Below, piece after piece: positions 51,329 to 59,432 of a stretch of 64,000 bases of DNA; positions within the stretch are counted from its first letter, which is position 1, and each line of letters starts with the position of its first letter. Under the pieces are notes generated by a model. The model searched no databases, was not told the DNA's origin, and worked only from the letters and a program-made list of their open reading frames with translations. The position numbers and the translations under genes are program-made. Where the stretch lies: the NCBI GenBank assembly GCA_029262235.1, contig JAJCZU010000004.1, forward strand, positions 991,231 through 1,055,230, given 5' to 3'. Source of the stretch: Candidatus Eiseniibacteriota bacterium (GTDB taxonomy: Bacteria > Orphanbacterota > Orphanbacteria > Orphanbacterales > Orphanbacteraceae).

Positions 51329-53125
51329 GTGATCGCAGACAGGATCGCCGCAGTACTGGCAGCCGTGCTCGTGCTTCTGCTCTGGCTCGATTTCGAGGGC
51401 GATATCGCGCAGCGCGACGCGTTCTCCTGGATGGACCCCGAGCAGTACTACCTGTTTGCCAGAGATCTGCATGCGAACGGCATTCCCGAGGGCGGTTTTT
51501 CCGTCCCTTCGATATTCCCCGCCGTGATCGCCCCGTTTCTGTCGGGGGACGCCGGCCCGGCACGCGCGCTCAGGGCGAACGGCGTTTTTCTCGTTCTGAT
51601 CGCGATCGCCACATGGTGGCTCGTCCGCTCGGCGGGCCGCACGCATGCCGGGGAGCGAACCTCACGCGTCTGGGCCGCGCTCGCCGTACCGCTCGTTCTC
51701 ACCGCCCCGCTGCTTGCCGGGCTTTCGCGCGAGCTCTATATCGAATACGCGCTGACCGCGCTCGTCGCGTGGCATCTGTGGGTCTGGACGCGCACGAGCT
51801 TCCGGCGTTTCGACGGGTGGTGGCTGCTGTTCGCCCTGTTCACAGCGCTCGGATTTCTGACGAAAATGACGTACCCGCTCTTTCTCGCGGGGGGACTCGT
51901 CGTCGAAACGGTCCTTGCGGCACGCACGAGGGATGCCGGTCGCTGGCTCCGTGTCGTACTCGCCGTGGCCGTTCCCGCCGGCGCCGTTCTGCTCGCCATT
52001 CGGATTTTCCTGCCCGAATCGTTTACATATTATATTTCGTTCGGGAACACGAAGATTCCCATCATGCGTCTGATCGGTCCCCCCGACATCTTCTCTTTCG
52101 ACTCGTTCGTTTATTACCCGCGCTTCTTTCTGACGGCGGGTCTCGGATGGCTCGCGCCTCTCGCGCTGGCGATCGGACTGCTTCCCGTCGTGATCCCGTC
52201 CGTGCGGCGTACTTTCTGGAACCGTGAGCGCGGCATCCTGCTGGCGACCGTGCTTGCGCCCATGATGATCCTCGCCGCACAGGCCGTGAAGGAACCGCGC
52301 CACATCGCGCCGTGCCTCGTACCCGCGCTCGTCCTCGTTACGATCGCGGTATCCCGACTGACCCCGGCCCGGCGCGCGGTTTCGATCGGAGTCGCGCTTC
52401 TGCTCGTTGCCGCCGGACAATACGCGGAACTGCGAAAGAGCTCCGTGCCGTACAGGATGGAGGAAGCGCTTCCGCTCGCCGACTGGGAGCGGCGGATGGT
52501 GGCCGCATCGCCCGAGGCCGCGGCGCACACGAGTCCTTCGGGTCGCCTCGACGCCCTCACCTGGCGCTACACGCAGTCGATCGCGATCGAGGGATTCGAA
52601 CTGAACGAGGCACTGGCGATCACCTGGTATTTTCGCCCGGCGGTCGTTTTCAATCTCGATCTCGACCAGTGGGAGGGAGCCGATCGCGTTGCATTCCGCC
52701 GTTTCGAAGATCTCTATTACTTCCCCGCATTCAACACGTACAATGCTCGCTGCGGCTGGAGAAAGTATTACGCGTCGCTCTCGCGGGAGGAAGTTCTCGC
52801 GCATGCCGACTTCATCCTGAGCAGCAATGACGGGAATGTGCGGGTCGAACACAACGACGCGCGCCGCGGCGCCTCGTTTCGGGAGGTGTACGCCCGGCGC
52901 TACCTGGCGGAAGGGGCGCCCGGCGACGCGCGCGATCTCTCGGCCCTCTACTTCGCATCTTTCATGGAGGAGCGGCTGCGCGGGCGGATTCCCGAACCGC
53001 ATGCGCTCGAGCGGGGTTTCCCCGAAGACTTCCGATATGGCGAACGACGCAACATCTACTGGATGAACGTGTATGGACCTCTGGTACAGAAAACCGAAGA
53101 CGCGATCCGGTCGCAGGCGCGCTGA
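51329..53125 (+). CDS. GT-C fold (ArnT/PMT-like) integral membrane glycosyltransferase with soluble C-terminal domain
   Basis: SD GGAGG. First TM followed by WMDPEQYY; SRELYIEY, GFLTKMT and KEPRHIAP; about 11-12 TMs. Confidence 0.72.
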   Translation: MIADRIAAVLAAVLVLLLWLDFEGDIAQRDAFSWMDPEQYYLFARDLHANGIPEGGFSVPSIFPAVIAPFLSGDAGPARALRANGVFLVLIAIATWWLVRSAGRTHAGERTSRVWAALAVPLVLTAPLLAGLSRELYIEYALTALVAWHLWVWTRTSFRRFDGWWLLFALFTALGFLTKMTYPLFLAGGLVVETVLAARTRDAGRWLRVVLAVAVPAGAVLLAIRIFLPESFTYYISFGNTKIPIMRLIGPPDIFSFDSFVYYPRFFLTAGLGWLAPLALAIGLLPVVIPSVRRTFWNRERGILLATVLAPMMILAAQAVKEPRHIAPCLVPALVLVTIAVSRLTPARRAVSIGVALLLVAAGQYAELRKSSVPYRMEEALPLADWERRMVAASPEAAAHTSPSGRLDALTWRYTQSIAIEGFELNEALAITWYFRPAVVFNLDLDQWEGADRVAFRRFEDLYYFPAFNTYNARCGWRKYYASLSREEVLAHADFILSSNDGNVRVEHNDARRGASFREVYARRYLAEGAPGDARDLSALYFASFMEERLRGRIPEPHALERGFPEDFRYGERRNIYWMNVYGPLVQKTEDAIRSQAR

Positions 53126-54581
53126 GCACGCCCCGTGGCGGGGAGCCGCGCTGCTGGCGCTGCTCCTGTCTGCGCCGGCCTGCTCTCCTGCCCCGGACGG
53201 AAACGGACGATCCGTTCTGCTGATCACGCTCGACACGACGCGCGCGGATCGGATCGGAGCTTACGGCAGCGACGCGGCGAGCACGCCGTCGATTGACGCC
53301 CTGGCGCGGAGGGGCGTGCTGTTCGAGCGCGCCTATGCCTCCATCCCCGTAACGCTGCCTTCGCACACGACGATTCTTACCGGCCTCTATCCCCACGAAC
53401 ACGGCGTGCGCGACAACGGCGTTTATCGCGTTCCCGATGAGCTCACGACGCTCGCCGAGGTTCTGCGCGATCACGATTACAGGACCGGCGCGTTCGTAAG
53501 CGCCCACGTGCTGCACAGCCAGTACAAGATCGACCAGGGGTTCACGGTGTTCGACGACGAAATGGTCGAACCGCTCCGCGTGCAGAGTCCGATTCCGCGC
53601 GGCGCGAAACTTCCCGAGCACACCAAGCGCTGGATCGAGACATGGAGCCGTCCGTATCAGCGCCGCGCCGAGACGACCGTCACGCGTGCCCTGGAATGGC
53701 TGCGCGCCGACGCCGGCAGTGACGAACCGTTCTTCTGCTGGGTTCATCTGTTCGACCCGCATCTCTCGTACGAACCACCCGCTCCGTACGACAAACTGTT
53801 CGGTGACCCGTACGAAGGACCGATCGACGGCACGGGCGAGTCATTTCACGATCTCGCGAAGGAACTGGAGGGGCGGATTCCGCGCGTACACCTCGACCGC
53901 ATGATCTCGCTTTACGACGGCGAGATCTCGTACGCCGACGAATGGATCGGCCGCCTGCTCGCCGCCGTTCCCGACAGCACGCTCGTCGTGTTCACGGCCG
54001 ATCACGGCGAGGCTTTCGGCGAACACGGACAGTTCTTCGAGCACCAGATGACGATTTACGAAGAGACGATGCACGTGCCGCTCGTCGTCGCGGGGCCTGG
54101 CGTTCCGGGCGCCGGCCTGCGACGGAACGACCCCGCCGGCTCGGTGGACATCTTCCCGACGGTTCTCGGCCTGCTCGGTCTGCGGGGCGGGGGCGACGCG
54201 TCCGGCATCGATCTGTTCGGTCCTGTTGCCAAGAAGCCGCGCGCGCTCTACAGCGAAACGCGCGCCGCTCTTACCGCAGTTCCGACTCCCACCGGCTTTC
54301 GCGGAGTGCGCGAGAACGGCTGGAGTCTTATCCGTGAGATCGTGAAACCCGATCGTATCCAGAAAGAACAGCTGTTCCACACGGCCGAAGATCCTGCGGA
54401 GACGAACGATCGGGCCGGCGCGGACGACACGATCCTGCACGATCTCGCCCGTTCCTACGATCGCCTGCTGTCGCGCGGGCTCGAGGGCGAAGCCGCCACG
54501 GCCGCCTTCTGGGCCCTTGACGAGGATGCGGAGAGGCGAAAACAGCTCGAAGCTCTCGGCTATCTCGGCGGAAAAGATTGA
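53073..54581 (+). CDS. Sulfatase-like lipoprotein with Thr at the nucleophile position (TLPSH)
   Basis: ITLDTTRAD, PVTLPSHTTILTG, HLFDPH, YDGEI and TADHGE; lipobox-like SAPAC; ends LEALGYL. Start uncertain (overlaps the upstream gene). Confidence 0.85.
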   Translation: MDLWYRKPKTRSGRRRAEHAPWRGAALLALLLSAPACSPAPDGNGRSVLLITLDTTRADRIGAYGSDAASTPSIDALARRGVLFERAYASIPVTLPSHTTILTGLYPHEHGVRDNGVYRVPDELTTLAEVLRDHDYRTGAFVSAHVLHSQYKIDQGFTVFDDEMVEPLRVQSPIPRGAKLPEHTKRWIETWSRPYQRRAETTVTRALEWLRADAGSDEPFFCWVHLFDPHLSYEPPAPYDKLFGDPYEGPIDGTGESFHDLAKELEGRIPRVHLDRMISLYDGEISYADEWIGRLLAAVPDSTLVVFTADHGEAFGEHGQFFEHQMTIYEETMHVPLVVAGPGVPGAGLRRNDPAGSVDIFPTVLGLLGLRGGGDASGIDLFGPVAKKPRALYSETRAALTAVPTPTGFRGVRENGWSLIREIVKPDRIQKEQLFHTAEDPAETNDRAGADDTILHDLARSYDRLLSRGLEGEAATAAFWALDEDAERRKQLEALGYLGGKD

Positions 54582-54686
54582 ACAGTTCCCGTCTCTCGTC
54601 CTGAATCCCGGGACCCCCACTCCGATAACGGTGTAGAACTCCTTAGAACGAGGACGCTCCCTCGTAAAGCTCTGGAGGATGGGGAA

Positions 54687-55538
54687 TTGAGAGCCTGGAG
54701 TCCGAAATCTGACGATGACCGCTCGCTGACGGCTTATCTGCGTGATATCCGCAAGCTGCCCGCGATCCCGGAAGAGAGCAAGGGAGACCTTGCCCGCCGC
54801 GCGCGCGAGGGTGATATCGACGCCATGCACACACTGGTGCTCGGCCATCTCCGCTTCGTCGTCTACATCGCCAAGAAGTATCTCGGACGCGGGCTCCCCA
54901 TGAGCGATCTCGTGAACGAAGGAAACATCGGTCTCATCAAGGCCGTGACGCGCTTCGACGAAACGAAAGACTTCCGCTTCACGACCTATGCCGTCTGGTG
55001 GATTCGCCAGCGCATCCAGCACGCCGTCATGCAGAGCACGCAGACGATCCGCATCCCGATGAACAAAGAAGTCCTGATGCAGAAGATCAATCGGACGATC
55101 AACGACTACTGGCAGAAGCATCAGCAGGAGCCGCAGCCGGACCAGATCGCCGAGATCCTCGAGATGAAAGTGAAGGACGTTCGCCTGCTTCTCGGACTGA
55201 GCGGCCGCACGCTTTCGCTCGACAAGATCACGACCCAGGAGGGCGACAGTCCTCTCGGCGATTTCCTGGCGGACGAAAATTCGCTCCAGCCGGACGAAGA
55301 AGTGGCTGAAGCGATGCTCCGCGAACATGTGAAAGAGATGGTCGCGAGTCTGAACGAGCGCGAAGCCCGCATCATCCGTCTCTACTACGGGCTCACCGAC
55401 GAGGATCCGCGCAATCTCGAAGAGATCGGCCGCATTCTCGGCCTCTCGCGCGAACGCGTGCGGCAGATCAAGAAGCGCGCGCTCGACAAACTCGCCGTGG
55501 GAAGCCGCGGCGAGGTGCTCCGTTCCTTCGTTTCCTGA
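54687..55538 (+). CDS. RpoD/RpoS-related sigma-70 factor lacking region 1.1 (alternative sigma)
   Basis: YLRDI, HLRFVVYIAKKY, DLVNEGNIGLIKAV, FTTYAVWWIRQ and LEEIG...LSRERVRQI. TTG start after GGAGG. Confidence 0.92.
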   Translation: MRAWSPKSDDDRSLTAYLRDIRKLPAIPEESKGDLARRAREGDIDAMHTLVLGHLRFVVYIAKKYLGRGLPMSDLVNEGNIGLIKAVTRFDETKDFRFTTYAVWWIRQRIQHAVMQSTQTIRIPMNKEVLMQKINRTINDYWQKHQQEPQPDQIAEILEMKVKDVRLLLGLSGRTLSLDKITTQEGDSPLGDFLADENSLQPDEEVAEAMLREHVKEMVASLNEREARIIRLYYGLTDEDPRNLEEIGRILGLSRERVRQIKKRALDKLAVGSRGEVLRSFVS

Positions 55539-55654
55539 CCCAGGCTGTGATTCCAGCCGGCAGCGAGCCTTCGTTCGGGCTACCCCGTCCGAATCGGCGA
55601 GACACGTCTTGTCGATCGCGACGAGCGTCGGTATGGTGGGGACGGAGGTAGTAC

Positions 55655-56464
55655 TTGTTCACTCGTCTTCCGTTCTTTCGCGCGGCGCGCCCGCAGGGGC
55701 CGATCGCGACTCTCCTGATCCCGCTCACGATCGTGGCGCTCGCCGCCGCCGGATGCGGTGACTCGAACGTGGCCGCGCCGGAAGCTCCGCGCACGATCAA
55801 GGTGCTGTTCGCCCAGTTCGAAAGGGAGGACGGCACGCCCGTTCGCTTCCAGATCGATCATCCCGAAACGACTTCCGTTCCCGTCATCGAATACGTTCCG
55901 TCGCCCTCTCCGCCGCCGCTCTTCGCGGACCCCGTGCTCGGCCTCGATTCGATGCGCGTGGAATCCGATTCGCTGTTTTTCCGCGCGACTTCTTCAACCG
56001 GCGCGGAACTCTTTCGTGTGCGCGCCAAACGAAGCGCCTTCATCCTGGTAGGGCAGGCGATCTTTCCCGACTCGCTGGAACCGGCGGTGTTGAGCGGTCT
56101 CACGTGCCTCGTCGAGCCGGGCAGCGGCACGCAGGAACCTTTTCCCGGCGAGGTCAGCCAGCTCGCTTTTCCGATTCGTTTTTCTCCGCCGGAGTATCCC
56201 GACAGTCTCGTGCAGGCGGGCATCGACGGCACCGTGCGTACGCTGGTGCAGGTGGGAAGCTGCGGGTCCCTGCTCGACATCGAAATCGTGCGTTCGGAGC
56301 ATCCCGACCTCGACAGCCTGACCGTGCAGACGATTCGAAGCTGGCTCTTCTATCCGGCTCTCGTGGGGTCGTTTTCGTACGTGGCGCTCGAGCAGTTTCT
56401 GTCGATCCGGTACGAGATTCTCGAGGGAGACGTTCCCGTCGTCACGATTCAGAACGGCGCCTGA
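55655..56464 (+). CDS. Lipoprotein with C-terminal TonB_C domain
   Basis: Lipobox AAAGC; C-terminal PPEYPDSLVQAGIDGTV...IEIVRS...LD...WLFYPA matches TonB_C. Confidence 0.72.
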   Translation: MFTRLPFFRAARPQGPIATLLIPLTIVALAAAGCGDSNVAAPEAPRTIKVLFAQFEREDGTPVRFQIDHPETTSVPVIEYVPSPSPPPLFADPVLGLDSMRVESDSLFFRATSSTGAELFRVRAKRSAFILVGQAIFPDSLEPAVLSGLTCLVEPGSGTQEPFPGEVSQLAFPIRFSPPEYPDSLVQAGIDGTVRTLVQVGSCGSLLDIEIVRSEHPDLDSLTVQTIRSWLFYPALVGSFSYVALEQFLSIRYEILEGDVPVVTIQNGA

Positions 56465-56526
56465 ACCACGCATGAACGCGGCCTCCTCGAGGCCCGAACG
56501 CCACTGAACGAGGCCTGCACGACGGG

Positions 56527-57954
56527 CTAGTTTCCGATATAGCCCAGCGCCTTCAATCGTTCCCGATCGACATTCGATAGATCCGCCATCTCCGGTTCGC
56601 CATGTTTCCGCGCGACCTCCTTCATGGCCTGCTGCCAGGGGGGAAGCAGAGCGAGATAACGCTCGAGCGTGACCGGCTGGTCTCCGTCGATCCGTCTGAA
56701 CTCGCCCGGATCCTGTCGAACCTCGAACAGCGCGTCTTCCGCAAGTGCCGGCACGCTGATCAGCTTGTAGTCGCCCATCTGCGTCGCCCACCATTGCGTG
56801 GCTCTCTTTTCCGACTTCCCGCTCGGATCCCGCCCGTAAAACGTCGTGACGAGCTCGAAAAAGAGCGGATCGTTCGGCCCGCGCGGTTCCGCAAGCAGGC
56901 TGCGGCCATGAAACGGGTCGTTGCGGTCGAGCAGCCCCAGATAATCGAGAACCGTCGGCGGAATATCGATAAGCCCCGTGAGCCGCGCGTCACGGCCAGC
57001 GGCCGCATGTGCGCTGCCCGGCCACTTGATGATCAGCGGTACGTGAATCGATTCGGTGTACAGGTTGTTCTTGTGGCCTTTGTAGCCGTGCTCGAAGAAC
57101 TCCTCGGCATGATCCGCCGTCACGATGATCCAGGTCTCGTCCCAGAGATTCAGCTCGCGCAGCGTACTCCAGATCCTGCTCAGAAAATCGTCCGTGTAGC
57201 GGATCTCGCCCTCGTACTGTGAGATCACGTAGGCGAGCTTCGACGCAGGCATGGCCCGGTCGATGGCCGTGTTGTGTTCGAAGTTCGCGATGTCGAAGGG
57301 TTCGGCGCCCGGCGGAACGAACATCGTGTCGTAGGGGGCGGGCGGCAGGAAGTCGTAGTGCGGATCCCAGACGTACGCGAACAGGAAGAACGGGCGCGAC
57401 GGTTCGCGCTCTTCCCGCAGGAACCGTACGAGGCTCTCTTCGAGCTTCGGGTTCGTGATGTCGCTGTGGGCGTCGGCCTGCGTCACCGCGGCCGGCGAAT
57501 CGTCCCAGCGTTCGAACCCCTGATGCAGATTGTGCGGCGTGCGCAGAAACGGGCCGCTGACGGCGCCCGCCGTCTGGTAGCCGGCGTCCTGCAGCCGTTC
57601 CGCGAGCGTTTCGTATGAGTCCTTGAGGCGGTGGCGTGGTTCGATTACCTGGTGGGCCGTGGGGTAGAGCCCCGTCATGAGCGTGGCATGCGACGCCAGA
57701 GTCCAGCTCGTCACGCTGAACGCGTTCTCGTAAACGGTCGACTCCGTCGCGATTCTGTCGAGGCCCGGCGTCGTGGGGGCCGTCATTCCGTAGGCGCCCA
57801 CACGGTCGGTTCGCAGAGATTCGATTGTGATGAGGAGAATGTTCGGCCGGGGAGCGGCCTCCCGGGAGCAGCCCAGGAGCGCCAGCCCGACCAGCAGAAG
57901 CTTAACTGTCTTCGGCGATATCGGCGGTTTTCGCCGCTTCGACCTCGTCTTCAT
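56527..57954 (-). CDS. Sulfatase-like lipoprotein with Thr at the nucleophile position (TLASH)
   Basis: RPNILLITIESLRTD, SWTLASHATLMTG, WDPH, YEGEI and TADHAE; lipobox LALLGC; ends LKALGYI. Start uncertain. Confidence 0.85.
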   Translation of the reverse strand: MKTRSKRRKPPISPKTVKLLLVGLALLGCSREAAPRPNILLITIESLRTDRVGAYGMTAPTTPGLDRIATESTVYENAFSVTSWTLASHATLMTGLYPTAHQVIEPRHRLKDSYETLAERLQDAGYQTAGAVSGPFLRTPHNLHQGFERWDDSPAAVTQADAHSDITNPKLEESLVRFLREEREPSRPFFLFAYVWDPHYDFLPPAPYDTMFVPPGAEPFDIANFEHNTAIDRAMPASKLAYVISQYEGEIRYTDDFLSRIWSTLRELNLWDETWIIVTADHAEEFFEHGYKGHKNNLYTESIHVPLIIKWPGSAHAAAGRDARLTGLIDIPPTVLDYLGLLDRNDPFHGRSLLAEPRGPNDPLFFELVTTFYGRDPSGKSEKRATQWWATQMGDYKLISVPALAEDALFEVRQDPGEFRRIDGDQPVTLERYLALLPPWQQAMKEVARKHGEPEMADLSNVDRERLKALGYIGN

Positions 57955-58069
57955 CGCCGAGTTCTTCCTTCCGATACTCTTCCATGCACTGTTCGCTGCA
58001 GAACTGTTCGTCATTCAACTCGAACGCTTTCCCGCGAAAATCCGTACCGCACCAGGCACATTCTTTCAT
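57902..58069 (-). CDS. 55-aa Cys4 metal-binding microprotein (TRASH/MYM-type zinc-finger-like) with acidic tail
   Basis: MKECAWCG...FCSEQC, with a strong SD GGAGG upstream of ATG 58069. Confidence 0.75.
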   Translation of the reverse strand: MKECAWCGTDFRGKAFELNDEQFCSEQCMEEYRKEELGDEDEVEAAKTADIAEDS

Positions 58070-58101
58070 GATGCCGAACCTCCATGATGTTCCGGGAGGT
58101 G

Positions 58102-58584
58102 CTAATTCCCAAACGTGTATCCGATCGTTGCCTGCAAAAAGGTATCCTCTTCGATCGTCGCGCGCCACTCACCGAACATTTGATTGCCGCCGGTGAGCTC
58201 CCGGTTCACGCCGAGGATGAAGTTGATGCCGGCTTCCGTGCGCGTGTCGCTGGGGCAGTTCTTGCAGTCGAGCCACCCGGTCACGATCGCGATCCCGACG
58301 CCCCCGTAGAACCACGCGTCACTTCCGATTGCGATGTCGCGAAAATCGTAAAGCGCGTCCCCGTTCACGGTGAGCAGGGTAATGTGGTCGCCGAAACCGA
58401 CGTCCGCCATCGGGCGTAGCCGAAACCCGTTCTCCCAGGCCCCCCAGTCCATATGGGCGCCCGCCACGATCTGGTCCGGTCCTCCGAAGCGAAAGCCGGC
58501 CCGGGGGCCCCATCCTTCGAACGCCTCGGCGCCGGACGCCGCAAGCATCATCAATATTCCGAGTCCGATCGCCAGCTTCCTCAC
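58102..58584 (-). CDS. Small outer-membrane beta-barrel protein (8-strand OmpA/OmpW-like)
   Basis: Signal peptide ending AEA; alternating amphipathic strands; FYGGVGI; ends IGYTFGN. GTGA overlap with the upstream gene. Confidence 0.75.
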   Translation of the reverse strand: MRKLAIGLGILMMLAASGAEAFEGWGPRAGFRFGGPDQIVAGAHMDWGAWENGFRLRPMADVGFGDHITLLTVNGDALYDFRDIAIGSDAWFYGGVGIAIVTGWLDCKNCPSDTRTEAGINFILGVNRELTGGNQMFGEWRATIEEDTFLQATIGYTFGN

Positions 58585-59432
58585 GATTCCTCTTCCTCCT
58601 CGACCGGGACGAGCGAAACGGCCAGATCCGGGTCGGCCATAAGGATATGGCGATCCGGAATTTTCTTCCACTTTTCAAGCGTCGTCGGCGTGCGCGTCAC
58701 GACGACGGAGCGATAGTGCGGGTCGTCCTCCGGCGCGTGTTTTCGCGCGCAGATCGGACAGATTTCGATCGTGTCCCGCGTCGTGAAATAGAGGGGCAGG
58801 TACTGACGGTACGCGAGAAACGCGCGTCGGTTCGTGGTAATGATTCCGATTCCCGATTCCACTTTGGTGCCGGTCCGGTCGGACCACTGGTTCAGCATCA
58901 GAATGGATTTCGTGAGCGCCTCACGAATGCGATTGATCGGGGCGTCGCCACTGGTCGACCCGGCCGATCGCTTGAGATACGAAAGAAACAGGTAGAAAAT
59001 GTGCTCCGGATCGGAGCCGCCCTGCACCTTGCGGCGGAACTCGGGGGTCATCTCGCCGAGAATTTCGCGCCGGATCGTTTGAAAGTTCTCGATCGAGCCC
59101 GTCATCGCGAACGTCCATGTCTCGAACGTGAACGGATGCACGCTGCGGCGGTCGGCCTTGCCGCCGGGCCCCGCCAGCAGTGACGCGATCGCGACCTGTG
59201 CGCCTTCCTGCATCGAGCGCGACTCGAAGATCGGGACGTACGGATGGCAGAACGCCTTGCGTTCCGTGTTCGCTTCCTCGGAGCCGCGATAGACGGCAGC
59301 GCCCCAGCCGAACGCGGGGTCGACGTTGCGCCCTTCGGAGTAGCTCCTGCGAATCATGGACTGCTGCGCCTTGATCAGGCGGCAGTCGATGCGGGTCGGT
59401 GCCGATGCGATATGCCCGTAAAGGCTGCTCAC
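58581..59432 (-). CDS. Class II glutamine amidotransferase (EgtC/YafJ)-like protein lacking the catalytic N-terminal Cys
   Basis: MSSLYG (family MCRLxG), FGWG (DGWG), VHPF, FAMTGSI (FMHNG), GGSDPEHIF (GxTDSE); CPICARKH insert. Confidence 0.72.
   Translation of the reverse strand: MSSLYGHIASAPTRIDCRLIKAQQSMIRRSYSEGRNVDPAFGWGAAVYRGSEEANTERKAFCHPYVPIFESRSMQEGAQVAIASLLAGPGGKADRRSVHPFTFETWTFAMTGSIENFQTIRREILGEMTPEFRRKVQGGSDPEHIFYLFLSYLKRSAGSTSGDAPINRIREALTKSILMLNQWSDRTGTKVESGIGIITTNRRAFLAYRQYLPLYFTTRDTIEICPICARKHAPEDDPHYRSVVVTRTPTTLEKWKKIPDRHILMADPDLAVSLVPVEEEEES

Noticed and set aside
56462..56520. Short repeats TGAACG(C/A)GGCCT between convergent genes
   Set aside because: Only two imperfect 12-mers, too little to support a feature.
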